64,000 bases of DNA from Malacoraja senta (taxonomy: Eukaryota): NCBI GenBank assembly GCA_038087875.1, contig CM076001.1:2108001-2172000 (forward strand), given 5' to 3'. Under the pieces are notes generated by a model. It saw nothing but the letters and a program-made list of their open reading frames with translations, made no database searches and had not been told where the DNA came from. The position numbers and the translations under genes are program-made. Of this stretch, positions 1 through 13,021 are shown one piece after another; position 1 is the first letter of the stretch, and each line of letters begins with the position of its first letter.

Positions 1-344
1 GTAATGGAAAACTGTTCACATAGATTCCTGGCTTTACACGTGTGCTTGAGGCTGCGTTATGGCTGAACTGGACGCTGATGAGAATCTGCAGAAAGAAGAA
101 AACAGATCAGTGCAAATGGGTTACTGAAGGTTGGCCGGGACTCGGTGGGTTGAATGGTCTGTTCCCGGTCTGTGTGACTCCGTAACTACATGGAAAGTGA
201 TCAATGAGCAGCAGATGGCAGGAAAGCCCCGGAAACGGCCGATCGCTGTCAGGAAACCAGGCGCCAGGCGGACTAGTCGAGGTGTAACACAAGTGCTAGT
301 GAAACTTAGGATGTGCCTGAGGGGAAAAGGACTGGGGGATAGCA

Positions 345-880
345 TTATGCATTGAAGTGAAGCAGCATGGTAGACGTTGCTATGGGACAGGTAGACATCT
401 GCCCACATCACTGGCTGAACCCACTGGCTCCCTGTGCGGTTCCGTATACATTTCAAGATCCTCCTCTATGTCTACAAAGCCCTCAATGGACTTGCCCCCA
501 CCTACATTAAAAGTCTTCTCACCCACCACTCCACCTCCAGGTCCCTCAGATCGGCCGACTTGGGGTTGCTGAGTATCCCGCGGTCTAGGCATAAGCTCAG
601 GTGCGACCGCGCCTTTGCGGTTGCAGCTCCTAGACAGTGAAACAGCACCGCCCTTCCCATCAGAACTGCCCCCCACCATCGACTCCTTTAATCAAGACTA
701 AAAACGTATCTATACTCCCAAGCCTTTCTTGACATCCTCTGAGCGAGGGCTATATGTATATATGTATGTAGTTTGTTTGTTTATATTATTCTTATAACAA
801 ATGTAAAGCACTTTGGCCAACGAGAGTTGTTTTTTTAAATGTGCTATATAAATAAATGTGACTTGACTTGACTTGACTTG
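345..880 (+). mobile_element. L2-clade LINE, 3' fragment
   Basis: ORF 434-640 (FRIHFKILLYVYKALNGLAPTYI...RSLRS...GDRAFAVAAP-like) matches the L2 ORF2 C-terminus; ends in AATAAA plus (GACTT)n tail at about 850-880. Confidence 0.8.
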
Positions 881-999
881 AATCACACAAGGATAATGCC
901 TATTCGTTCTAGCAAATCCCGTTTCCCTTAAGCAACAATGCCAGGTGCATTTGCGTTTACTTCAAGCATTATGATTATTTCCCCACTTGATTTAAGCAG

Positions 1000-1287
1000 G
1001 TATGGTGGACGCGGGTTTCGTGACACCGAAGATGAACTCGGTCACACGAACAGAGTTGAATGGCCCATTTGAAACTGCACCTAAACCAAGAATGCTTTTT
1101 ACTTGTATTGATCCATTCGGTATTCAAGCTCGCGTACCGTTCGGAGAGACATTTGCGGCAGTTTGCAAGATAAGGAGACTCTCGCCAGCGGTCGACTTTG
1201 TGACGTAGTACAGTGTTCATTCAAGAGATAGCGATTAACTATCCCGGGCCTGCAGCTTTATATCACAGCGCACGTTACTCTGTGAAG
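1000..1287 (+). pseudogene. TCR V pseudogene (V0), same family as the V at 34267
   Basis: Acceptor AG at 998-999. One frame reads I*NCT*TKNAFYLY* ...RRDICGSLQDKETLASGRLCDVVQ..LTIPGLQL and aligns codon by codon to ILTCTFAKDGYYLYW...RRYTDGRYDDKADFARERFSDEVQ..MTISRLRL; several stops and a frameshift; no clear RSS or leader. Confidence 0.82.
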
Positions 1288-2194
1288 CATCTTGGGTTGC
1301 TGAGGGAACGAGCTGGAACGTCTCCCAACTGTCACATTTTTTTTCAGAACAGCTGTTCTTCGTTCGTCTAATACAAACCGCGGCTCAGACACTGACGTGG
1401 GAACACAAAATCTGGGGTCGCAGTCACCGCGGATAACATTGGAAACTAACCAGAAAAAAACGTTCACAGCCAATCTTAAATGTTTGATGCCGTTTAGAGT
1501 AATAGAGTCCTCCACCGTGGCAACGGGCCCTTCGGACCAGCTCGCTTACAACGACCAGCATACCCGTTTACACCAGTCCCACCTGCCTGCGTTTGGTCCA
1601 TATTCCTCGAAATCTATCCGATCCATGTACCTCTCCAAATGTTTTAAAATATGTGTAGTAACAGGCCCAACTAACCACTCCGCAGCTCGTTTCATAAATG
1701 TCGGTTTAAACGTGCGAGAGCAAAATAGCCTTTACCCACTCTCAGGTAATGCAGCATAGAACAATACGTTGTTCATGTCACTGAAGAGCTTAACCCTGCA
1801 TACACACTTTTCACACAAGGAGTGGCCGGTATATGGAACGTGCTGCCAGAGGGAGTCGTTGTGGCAGGTACTATGACAGTTACTTTATATAAAACACATG
1901 TGGACAGGTATATGGATACGGAAGGCGTAGGGGGTGTGGTTCAAACGCGGGAAAATGACACTAGGGGCATCTTGGTCGGCATGGACAAGTTGGGCCCAAA
2001 GCGTTGTTCCCGTGGGGTATGACTCTATGGCTCTCTGACGATTTATCAAGTGCAATTATTCTCTCTGCGTAGACATATCGCATCAGCTGGCCGCTCATCT
2101 GTCCACTCATGAACATTCCACCACATGGAACAGTGGACATGCGGACAGAGTAAACCTACGGACAAATTCTTGGCTTGAAGTTAAATGTTAGATG

Positions 2195-4890
2195 ACAAAT
2201 TCATGGCTTGAAATGTAAGTATTAGTGGATATATCATGTCAGCTGAAGCAATAAATGTAGGTCCCTTATAGTCAGAATTACAGGTGAATTTATAATGGGA
2301 AACAAGGAAATGCAGACCAGTTTAACAAGTACTTACCTAAGGAAGACAGAAACAATCTCTCAGAAATATTAGACCGAGGATCTATCGTGACTGAGGAACT
2401 GAAGGAAATTCACAGTAGTCACGAAATGGTGTTGGGTAAATGTTGGGACTGAAGACAGATATATCCCTAGGACCTGATGGTCTGCATCCCACAGTACCCA
2501 CGGAGGTGGGTCGAGGAATCGTGCTTGCATTGGTGATCAGTTCTTTTGACTCTGAATTAGTTCCTGTGGACTGGAGGGTAGCTAATGTAATCCCACTTGT
2601 TTTTAAGAAAGGAGGGAGAGAGAAAACTTGGAACTATAGACCAGTTAGGTTGACATTGGTAGAGGGGAAGATGCTTGAGTCGATTATTAAAGATGGAATA
2701 GGACCGCATTTGGATAGCAGTGACAAGATAGGTCAGAGTTCTCATTGATTTATGAAGGGAAAATCATGCTTGACAAATCTCCGGGATTTTTTTGAGGACG
2801 TAACAAGTAGAATTGATAAGGGGGATCCAGTTGGTGTGGTGTATCTGGACTTTCAAGAAAGTCTTTGACAAGGTCCCACACAGGAGAGTATTGTGCAAAA
2901 TTGCACCACATTGTATTGGGGTAGGCTATTGACACCGATAAGGAACTGGTTGGCAAGCAGGAAGCAAAGAGTAGGAAATAACGGATCCTTTTCAGAATGG
3001 CATGCAGTGACCCGTGGGGTACCGTAAGGCTAAGTGCTGGGACGCCAATTATTTACAATATATTAACGATTTAGACGAAGGAATTAAATGCAACATCTCC
3101 ATGTTTGCGGATGACACAAAGCTGGGTGGCTGTGTGAGCTGCGAGGAGAATGCTATGAGGCTGCCTGTTGACTTGGATAGGTTCGGTGAGTGTGCAGATG
3201 CAAGTAAGATGTAGTATAATGTGGATAAATGTGAGTTTATCCACATTGGTGGCAAGAACAAGAAGGCAGATTATTCAGTATTCAGTATTCAGTATTTGCT
3301 TTAATATCATTTTTAACTGAGTACTTACATACACAGAAGAAACGAATAATTGTTTCTCAATCAGTTCCCATTAGTGCAGTTAATAAAAACAGAATAAATG
3401 CATACAACTTTAAAATTAAAATGAACATATCTTCAAAAAAGAATAGGCCTAAAATTTGAACTAAAAACAGACATTGAGACCGAACTTGCTTTGACAGGTG
3501 CCTAGATTAGGAAATGGGAGTGGCAACGAGACACTGGTGTCCTGGTACATTAATCACTGAAAGTAAGCATGCAGGTACAACAGGCAATGAAGAAAGCTAA
3601 TGGCATGTTGGCTTTCATAGCGAGAGGATTTGTGTAAAGGAGCAAGGCGATCCTACAGGGCCCTGGTGAGACCGCAGTTTTGGTCTCCTTATTTGAGGAA
3701 GGACATTCTTGCTATTGAGGGAGTGCAGCGTATGTTCACCATCTTAATTCCCGGGATGGCGGGACTGACATCGCAAAAGGATTTGAGTATAGGAGCAGGG
3801 AGGTACTTTCATAGCAAAAGGATTTGAGCTTAGGAGCAGGGAGGTTCTACTGCAGTTGTACAGGGTCTTGGTGAGACCACACCTGGAGTATTGCGTACAC
3901 TTTTGTTCTACAAATCTGAGGAAATACATTCTTGCCATAGAGGGAGTACAGAGAAGGTTCACCAGACTGATTCCTGGGATGTCAGGACTTTCATATGAAG
4001 AAAGACTGGATAGACTCGGCTTGTACTCGCTAGAATTTAGAAGATTGAGGGGGGATCTTATAGAAACTTACAAAATCCTTACGGAGTTGTACAGGCTAGA
4101 TACAGGAAGATTGTTCCCGATGTTGGGGAAGTCCAGAACAAGGGGTCACAGTTTAAGGATTAGGGGGAAATCCTTTAGGACCGAGATGAGAAAAACATTT
4201 TTCACACAGAGAGTGGTGAATCTCTGGAATTCTCTACCACAGAAGGTAGTTGAGGCCAGTTCATTGTCTATATTTAAGAGGGAGTTAGATGTGGCCCTTG
4301 TGGCTAAAGGGATCAGGGGGTATGGAGAGAAGGCAGGTACAGGATACTGAGTTGGATGATCAGCCATGATCATATTGAATGGCGGTGCAGGCTCGAAGGG
4401 CCGAATCGCCTCCTCCTGCACCTATTTTCTATGTTTCTATGTTTCGATGTTTGTATGAAAGGATGGATCGACTGGGTTGATATTCACTGGAATTTAGAAG
4501 GATGAAAGGGTTTCATAGAAACATATAATATTCTTAAGGAATTGGACAGGTAAAATGTTTCCGATGTTGGGGGTCCAGAACGAGGGGTCGCCATTTAAGA
4601 ATAAGGGGTAGGCCATATGGGACTGGGATGAGGAAAAGCCTTGCCAACGAGAGAGCTTTGAATCTGTGGAATTATCTGGCACAGAAGGCAGTGGAGGCCA
4701 ATTCACTCGATGTATTCAAGAGAGGGTTAGACATCGCTCTTCGGCCAACTGAACCAAGGGATATGGGGAGAAAGCAGGAACAGGGTACTGGTTCTGGATG
4801 ATTAGCCAGGATCATATTGAATGGTGGTGATGGTTCGAAGGGCCGAATGGTCTACTCCTGCACCTATTTATCTATGTTTCTATGTTTCTA
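2195..4890 (+). mobile_element. Decayed CR1 ORF2 (RT) with a younger CR1 3' fragment nested at about 3772-4455
   Basis: GPDGLHP, YRPVRLT and FADDTK motifs; ORF 3856-4350 is a clean CR1 ORF2 C-terminus; (TTTCTATG)n tails at about 4425-4450 and 4870-4890; the older copy resumes at about 4455. Confidence 0.9.
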
Positions 4891-5320
4891 ATATATCTAT
4901 GGAACGTGAGTAATGACACCTGAGACGCAATCATACAGCAGGGAAACAGCTCTTTGGCCAAAATTATCCATGCTTCCCAAGATGCCACATCGGCTCTGGA
5001 GCCATTCGCCCACGTGGGTGGGAAGAGGTAGTTCATTGGTTACAGAGGTTTATCCTCGGTGGGTTGCCCTAAATGTCTAACCGTCCCCTTTATTCTTGAC
5101 GTGTTATTTGCGAATGGTGCGTCTCTTAATAATTTTCACTGTGTTTTCATTCAAATGTTCTCATTAGCTCTTCGTGGAAACGGTTGCAGACAGTTTATTC
5201 GAGGTTTTCTGATTTCCCCTGGGTGTGTGCCAACGTTTAGTGCGCTCGGAATTGCGGCGCATCCTGGCGATTACCCACGAATCCGATAACAGGCAAGATT
5301 TACGCAGCACAGGCACGGGG

Positions 5321-5358
5321 GGGTTTTGTACTGGTAAAAGCTGTTTTCCATCACTGTG
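5321..5358 (-). other. RSS of V1 (CACAGTG, 22-nt spacer, ACAAAACCC)
   Basis: Plus strand CACTGTG 5352-5358 and GGGTTTTGT 5321-5329, directly after YYCALEG. Confidence 0.9.
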
Positions 5359-6383
5359 CCTTCGAGAGCGCAGTAATACACAGCGCTGTCGGTTATCAGT
5401 AACCCTGATATCTTTAAGCTGATGGATTTGGACTTTTTGTCGAATTTCGGGAAAAAGCGAGTGTGGGATTCCTCAGGTTTCCCTTCATCATTCGTCCACG
5501 ACATCATCCGCGCAATAAACTCGAGCCCGTTCTCTGCCTGTTTTCTGAACCAAAATAAAGAATACGTGGTTGCTCTCGTGCTATAATTGCAAAACATGGT
5601 CACAACTTCATCTTCTCTCTTTCTCGCTGAAGGCTTGTGTTCGGTTACGGAATCTCCAGAGCTCGGACCTGTGACACGTTTCAGGAAAAACAAAAAGACT
5701 CATCAGTACAAATCACATTTAAGCAACATTTTACAACTTAGGTTGGGATAAGCGCCTGGCCGGAAGAACAGTTCGCTACAATGATATTTCCGTGATCGCT
5801 GGCAATAATGGCAATGAACAAGTCTTTCTAGAGGATCAGACTGTGCCTTGGGAAATGTAGAATCACCATGTCAGCAGAACAGCGACAGACTGTTGAAGGC
5901 ATGGATGCCGCCGCCTTCCCGAGCAAAAACGTGCTCTCCAGTCTGAAGCAATGGCCCCACTCGAGACTCCGCCTGTCCATTTCCTCAACGAATGCTGTCT
6001 GGCCCGCTGAGTTCCTCCGGCACTTTGCGTTTTGCTCAAGATTCCAGCATCTTGCAGTTCCATCGTGTCCCTGGCGTAGCCTTCAGTTCGGTGGAGTCTG
6101 TGAAAATCTTGGTGTGGAATGGCACTGCAAGAGGCCTAAATGGACACTTATTGTGAAGTAACTTGTTCTTATTTGATAACACTATTTTAGCTAAAACTCT
6201 GGAAAAAATCCGCGCTTTCGTCTCCCCTTGCGCACTGCCGCTCGGCCCATTTAAAAGCAGCGAGAGCGAAAAAATCGTCCTGTAATTTCTGATGGGAAAA
6301 TGTTCTTTCATTATTCCAATCGCGTTTGATAGATACTCACGGAATAAATAGACACAGAGCGTGAAAACAGTGACATCTCTCAT
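5359..6383 (-). CDS. TCR alpha/delta-type V segment (V1), apparently functional; leader 6383-6341, V exon 5668-5359
   Basis: Leader MRDVTVFTLCVYLF, GTGAGT donor, CAG acceptor, phase 1; spliced frame ...RPSSGDSVTE..TMFCNYS..LFWFRK..DSAVYYCALE keeps Cys, Trp and Cys. Confidence 0.9.
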
Positions 6384-8134
6384 GGTTTAGTCCTGGGACC
6401 AGAGGGGATTTGACCGGAAGAAGAAGACAGTTGCTCTGGAGCGATCTAGAGGCTATTGCACACTGCTGGACTGAAACGCCTGCAGTAATCGAGTTCGCTA
6501 TCACAGACTGTTTTCCGGATATTACTGAGTGTAGTGTGAATACCTGACCGGATTGAAGAGAGAACTTCAGTTTTCAGTATATTCCTCGAGCGATCAGCCC
6601 AATAGAACAACAGCTTCCTCACTCATCTGACTTGGTCGTGGGAGGAGTTAGACAGATGTACAGTCAGCAGGCCACAACCTATCTACGATGAAATGACGGG
6701 GGCAATATTGCTGAAGTGTACGGATTTCGATGTTGTCACCTCCATAGATAAAGGCACTGAATGAACAATGGAGCCATTGATCTGCAAATTAGTTATTGAA
6801 AATTAGTTACGAGTACGGACAGGTTGATTTCTTCGCTGCAATCCTGCTTCTTTTCATTATCACTGATTGCTGCGAGTTTACATATGCCTTGTAACATTGA
6901 GTTTACGTACACATCAGCCTCTCGTTTTTCAGAGAACCGGTGAAACCCGATGGCATGTCATTTTCTTGCAGATAAGGCCGCTAAATGCATGGAAGTTGTT
7001 GGTGCATAAAGTTACCCTTTCCTTGTATTCACACCCTGCGGTCCTCGCCGATACGTTAATGTTTGCAGCCCCATCATTAAATCATATTAATTTCCTCATG
7101 GGAGACGCATGATAGGAGCTGTGATAGGAGCAGAATCAGGCTATTTAGACCAACGTCCACTCCGCTAGTCAGTAATGGCCGATCTATCCTCCTAACCCCA
7201 TTCTCGTGCCTCTACACCAAGAATCTACAGTATCAATCTCTTCCTTAAAAATATCCATTGACTTGGCCTCCACAGACCTTTGAGGTAAATAATACCACCG
7301 AATCACCAGCCACTGAGTAAAGACATCCCGCCTCTTCTCATTCCTAAAGGAATGTTCTTTAAATCTGGGAATATGGTCTCTAGTCCTCGACTCTCCCCAC
7401 TAGGCTGCTCTAGGATATTATGGTGCAAAGGATTCGCTTGGTACATTGAACGAAAAATAGCTTTGACCACATATAACAGAGAGTGGTGGTGGAGCGGTAT
7501 TTTATATATCTGGAGTTCTGCGACCATTGGTTCCACAGGGATCGGTGATTGGACCGCTGTTATTTTTGGACAATATGCATAAACCATTGGAATATAAATG
7601 TAGATGGGTTGCTTAGTATGGTTGTGGTCGACATCAGAACGTGTGGAGTTCCGAACTGTGTGGAAGGCTGTCACTGTAGCGAGTGGAATGTCGGGCATCT
7701 ACAGTAATGGGCGGGGAAATGGCAGGTGCATTTTAAATCCGAGCAATTCTGAGGGATTGCACTTAGAAATATCGGATGTAAGATGAACATTTTCAGTGAA
7801 TGGCAAGATCCTCAACAGCATTGATGTACAGAGGGATCTTGGGGTCCATGTAAAATGCAGTAGAGTAGTGTAACCTGGAATTATGTACGGAACAGACATT
7901 GTGAACCGAGGGGCCGTTTCCTGTGCTGTACTGTTCTATGTTCTATATATATTCTGTGTATATTCTATATTCTATGTAGATTCCATGTACATTGTATGTA
8001 TATGTATATTCGGCCTTTATTTTATGTATTCTTGAACTTTGCTCGGTCATATAACGTCACGTAAATTCGCTGTTGTGAAGAAATTTAAATAATGTGAACC
8101 TCTCTGGCTTTCTATTTCTCTTTCTCTCGCTCAT

Positions 8135-8170
<36 letters not shown>

Positions 8171-8224
8171 CCCCCCCCCTCTCTCGCTCTCGCTCTCTCC
8201 ATCTTAGCCCCCTCCTACATAGAA

Positions 8225-8495
8225 GCATTGAAACATAGAAAAAAGGTGCAGGAGTAGGCCATTCGGCCCTTCGAGTCTGCACCGCCATTCAATATGATCA
8301 TGGCTGATCATCCAATTCAGTATCCTGTACCTGCCTTCTCTCCATACCCCGTGATCCCTTTAGCAACAAGGGCCACATCTAACTCACTCTTAACTACAGC
8401 AAATGAAGTGGCCTCAACTACCTTCTGTGGCAGAGAATTCCAGAGATTCACCACTCTCTGTGTGAAAAACATCGGGAACAATCTTCCTGCATATA
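8225..8495 (-). mobile_element. CR1 3' end fragment
   Basis: Reverse strand encodes FFTQRVVNLWNSLPQKVVEA...GYGEKAGTGY, followed by the CR1 3' UTR. Confidence 0.88.
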
Positions 8496-8839
8496 GCCCA
8501 TAAGTTTCTAGAAGATCTCCAGCTAGCGCGAGAGTCCGTTTCGGTACCAGGTGAGTGGAGAAACAAATGTTAATTTTCAGTTTATTGGGGAAAGATCCAA
8601 AGTAAAAAATGCTTGAAACATTCATCGGGCCGGTCAACAGCTAAGGAATAATTTGACGTGCAATTGTAACTGAGTGTTTGCTGCCATCTGGTGGAATAAA
8701 TCGTATGTTCGACCCGGCAATATCTGGAATCAGCACCGAGGATATTCTTCATCAAGAACAAACATTCACACCCTCTCAAATTAAACACAAACGAAAATAC
8801 TGAAGTAATTCAGTGGGTCAGACAGCAATTCTGAAAGAA

Positions 8840-10420
8840 AATAGACAATAGACAATAGGTGAAAGGGTCGGCCATTCAGCCGCTTGAGCCCGCACCGCCA
8901 TTCACTGTGATCATGGCTGATCATCCGCAATCAGTAGCTCGTTCCTGCCTTCTTCCTATATCCATTGACTCCGCTATCTTTAAGAGCGGTATCTAACTCT
9001 TTTTTGAAAGCATCCAGAGAATCGGCCTCCACTGCCTCCTGCGGCAGAGAATGCCACAGATTTACAACTCTCTGGGTGAAAAAGTGTATCCTCATCTCCT
9101 TTCTAAATTGCCTACCCCTTATTCGTAAACTGTGGCCCCTGGTTCTGCACGCCCCAATATCGGGAACACGTTTCCTGCCTCTGGCGTGTCGAATAGCTTA
9201 TTAATCTGCTGTGTTTCAATAAGATCCCATTTCATCCTTCTAAATTCCAGTGTATTCAAGTCCAGTCGCTTCATTCTTTCAACATATGACAGTCCCGCCA
9301 TCCCGGGAATTAATCTCGTGAACCTATGCTGAACTCACGCAATGGCAAGAATGTCCTTCTTCAGATTTGCAGACCAAAACTGCACACAATACTCCAGGTG
9401 TAGACTCACCAGGGCCCTGTACAACGGCAGAAGGACCTCTTTGCTCCTATACTCAACTCCTCTGGTTATGAAGGCCAACACGCTATTAGCTTTCTTCACT
9501 GCCTGCTGTACCGGCATGCTTAGTTTCAGTAACTGATGCACAAGGACACCCAGATCTCGCTGTACTTCCCCTTTTCCCGAATTGACACCATTCAGATAAT
9601 AATCTGCCTTTCTGTTCATGCCAGCAAAGTGGATAACGTCACATTTATCCACACGAAACTGCATCTGCCATACATCTGCCCACTCACCCAACCTGTCCCG
9701 TCACCTGCATCCTCAGAGAATCCACCTCACAATTCACAATACCACCCAACATTGTGTCATTCGCAAATTTGCTAATGTTACTTTTAATCCCTTCATCTAA
9801 ATCACGAATGTATATTGTAAAAAGCTGCGATCCCAGCACCGAGCCTTGCGGTACCCCACTAGTGCCTGCCATTCTGAAAGGGACCCGTTAATCCCTACTC
9901 ATCGTTTCCTCTCTGCCAACTAATTTTCTATCTATGTCAGGACCCTACCCTCAATACCATATGTTCTAATTTTGCCCACCAATCTCCCATGTGGGACCTT
10001 ATCAAAGGCTTTCTGAAAGTCCAGGTACACTACATCCACTGGCTCTCCCTTGTCCATTTTACTAGTTACATCCTCAAAAAATTCCATAAGTTTAGTCAAG
10101 CGTGATTTCCCCTTCATAAATCCGTGCTGACTCGGACCGGTCCTGTTAGTGCTATCCAAATGTGCGGCTGATCCATCTATTATAATTGACTCCCGCATCT
10201 TCCTCACCACCGATGTCAGGCTAACTGGTCTATATTTCCATATTTTCTATCTATCTCTCCTTTCTTAAAAAGTTGGCTAACATGAGCGACCCTCCAATCC
10301 ACAGGAACTGATCCTGAATCGATGGAACATTGGAAATTGATCACTAATGCGTCCACGATTTCTGGAGCCACCTCCTTAAGTACCCTGGGATGCAGACCGT
10401 CGGGCCCTGGGAATTTATCA
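8840..10420 (-). mobile_element. CR1 ORF2 fragment (RT to 3' UTR), decayed
   Basis: [54 protein letters not shown] in minus-strand ORFs; (CAATAGA)n tail near 8840. Confidence 0.9.
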
Positions 10421-10774
10421 GCCTGCAGAGATGCTGTCTGACCAGTTATGTCACCCAAACACTTTGGTGTGGCATAACTTTTGTTGTTGGTTTTAGAAAC
10501 CAACAATTGCTGTTCTCGTCTATCTTCTCCCACCCACAAAATCGGCACTCGCACTCGCTCTCCTCTAATGACTACTATTGTCAGAAAGAAACAGATTCCC
10601 ACTTCCCAGGAATGAACTGAATATTATCGTGCGCCTGAATTAGTTTGATGGTGGTGCATGTCAACATAAAAGTACATTCCCTAATTTGCTGACAGGGACT
10701 ATTAAAGGCCGTTATCGCTTCCTTTCGATTACAAAACGGCGGCTGGTAAACGCAGGATCGGTGATAAACCCTCC

Positions 10775-11335
10775 TTCATTTCTGGTCTTTCCTCGGACAA
10801 ATCTGAGGAAGGACATTATTGCCATAGAGGGAGTGCAGAGAAGGTTCACCAGACTGATTCCTGGGATGTCAGGACTGTCTTATGAAGAAAGACTGGATAG
10901 ACTTGGTTTATACTCTCTAGAATTTAGGAGATTGAGAGGGGATCTTATAGAAACGTACAAAATTCTTTAGGGGTTGGACAGGCTAGATGCAGGAAGATTG
11001 CTCCCGATGTTGGGGAAGTCCAGGACAAGGGGTCACAGCTTAAGGATAAGGGGAAAATCCTTTAAAACCGAGATGAGAAGAACTGTTTTCACACAGAGAG
11101 TGGTGAATCTCTGGAACTCTCTGCCACAGAGGGTAGTCGAGGCCAGTTCATTGGCTATATTTAAGAGGGAGCTAGATGTGGCCCTTGTGGCTAAAGGGAT
11201 CAGAGGGTATGGAGAGAAGGCAGGTACGGGATACTGAGTTGGATGATCAGCCATGATCATATTGAATGGCGGTGCAGGCTCGAAGGGCCGAATGGCCTAC
11301 TCCTGCACCTAATTTCTATGTTTCTATGTTTCTAA
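10775..11335 (+). mobile_element. Young CR1 3' fragment
   Basis: Nearly identical to 3900-4440; (TTTCTATG)n tail. Confidence 0.9.
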
Positions 11336-11612
11336 CGAGTTTACCAACTTCTGTTCACCTCCGTGTGCCGCTACGCTCTACCTGACCTTGTACGCGCTAT
11401 CCGGTCGGCAGAGTATTCACTATTGCGGCCACACCACCCATAGTATACGTTTGGTTCTCTTGATCTGCGCAAATCGCGTGATCGGAGAATTGTAGCCGTT
11501 AATTGCCGCTTGTGATTGGTTGACTCGGCGCGATGGTGAGGGTGGATATCCGTATCACTTTTCCGATATAGTGTTCCCCGACTGGAGAGCCACAGGCACA
11601 GGGACCATCACA

Positions 11613-12093
11613 ATGAAGGAATGCCTGGCTTCGTTCCTCATCATTATGTCACTTCTCGGTAAGATTTTCACATCGAGCAATATTCCAGACTTCACTAAAT
11701 CTATGTAATCCTGAAATTTGCATTTATAGAATGACGGTGATTGGATTGATGGAGGTTACACTGGTGACTGTCCTCTTAATTTCCGTTAGAATGTAGCTGC
11801 CAAGACACCGTGTAGCAGCCAGTCGCTGAAATGTTTTTCGAAGAGGAAAATACTATCAAATTAATCTGCACCTTGAAAACAAACATTGCACACCCCAATG
11901 TCTTCTGGTACAGACAGCGGCCCCGCAAACCTCCGCAGTATCTGCCTCGTATTATTGCAAGACAACTGAGCAGAAATATTGACCTCCCCGATCGGGTTTC
12001 TGCTACATACGATAACACGAAGAAGTACACCGAGCTGACGATCCACGAGGCCGCGATCTCCGACTCCGCTGTTTATCTCCGTGCCTTGAACTC
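11613..12093 (+). pseudogene. TCR V pseudogene (V2); leader 11613-11658, V exon from 11790
   Basis: Leader MKECLASFLIIMSLL with GTAAGA donor; in-frame TAG at 11813-11815; second Cys replaced by Arg (YLRAL); degenerate RSS CCAAATG-23-GCAAACACC at 12094-12132. Confidence 0.9.
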
Positions 12094-13021
12094 CCAAATG
12101 CTGCGGAAACACGGCGGACCTGAGCAAACACCCACCATTCGAATTCCCGTTAATACTTGCCAGGTGGGAGATCTCGCACTAGGGAGACTTTATAAAGAAG
12201 GGAGTTAAAGTTTATCGTTAAATTGATCTCCTCTGTCTACACTGATCCATGTCCCGCCATTCCCTGCATTTCCAGGTGCCTATATAAAAGCCTCTTAGTT
12301 TACTATCATACCTGCGTCCACCACCATCCCAGGCAACGCGTTCCAGGCAGCCACATTTCCCCTTGCAAAACATTCCTTTACATTTTTTCCGCTTACCTTA
12401 AAGTAATGCATTCTTGTCTTTAATATTTCCATCCTGGATAAAATGTTTCTGACTGTTGACCCTCTCTATTCCTCCCAAAATTTTATATAATTCCAGCGGG
12501 TTTCGCCTCAGCCTCCGACATTGCACGAGATGCCATCCAAGATCTGTCTCATAGCCATTGGCTTCCAATCCAAGGAACATTCTAGTAAACCTTTTCTGCA
12601 CCCTTCTGAAACCACCACTTTATTTCCTGTAACTGGGCAACAGGTACTGCATATTACGTGTATCGACCGGAAATACTCATACATATGTGAGATATTCAGG
12701 CGCTGTATTTCCTGCCAAAACGCTCTGCCTTCACTTGTAGCTCTATATATTTTATTTAAGTCAATATTCATCCTAAAAAAACGATGATATTGTAATCAAT
12801 TTGAATTACCCGAAACATCCGCAGGGTCGGGGGTGGGGAGATATATAAAATGACCGAAGGAAAGGAAGCCACTATGCTTAGGTTATTTTCCCATCTGCAG
12901 CACGAAAGGAGCCACCGCGTACTGACCTCGGCAGCCATCGCGACAGGCTGCGCCTCGTCATGACTTGGCTTCTGATTTCACCAACCGTTTCCAGGAGTTC
13001 TGCTGGAGTATTGTGGAGAAT

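Noticed and set aside
8520-8560. TTTCGGTACCAG|GTGAGT looked like the end of a J segment (FGT plus donor)
   Set aside because: No FGxGTxL motif, no 12-RSS upstream, and it abuts a CR1 fragment
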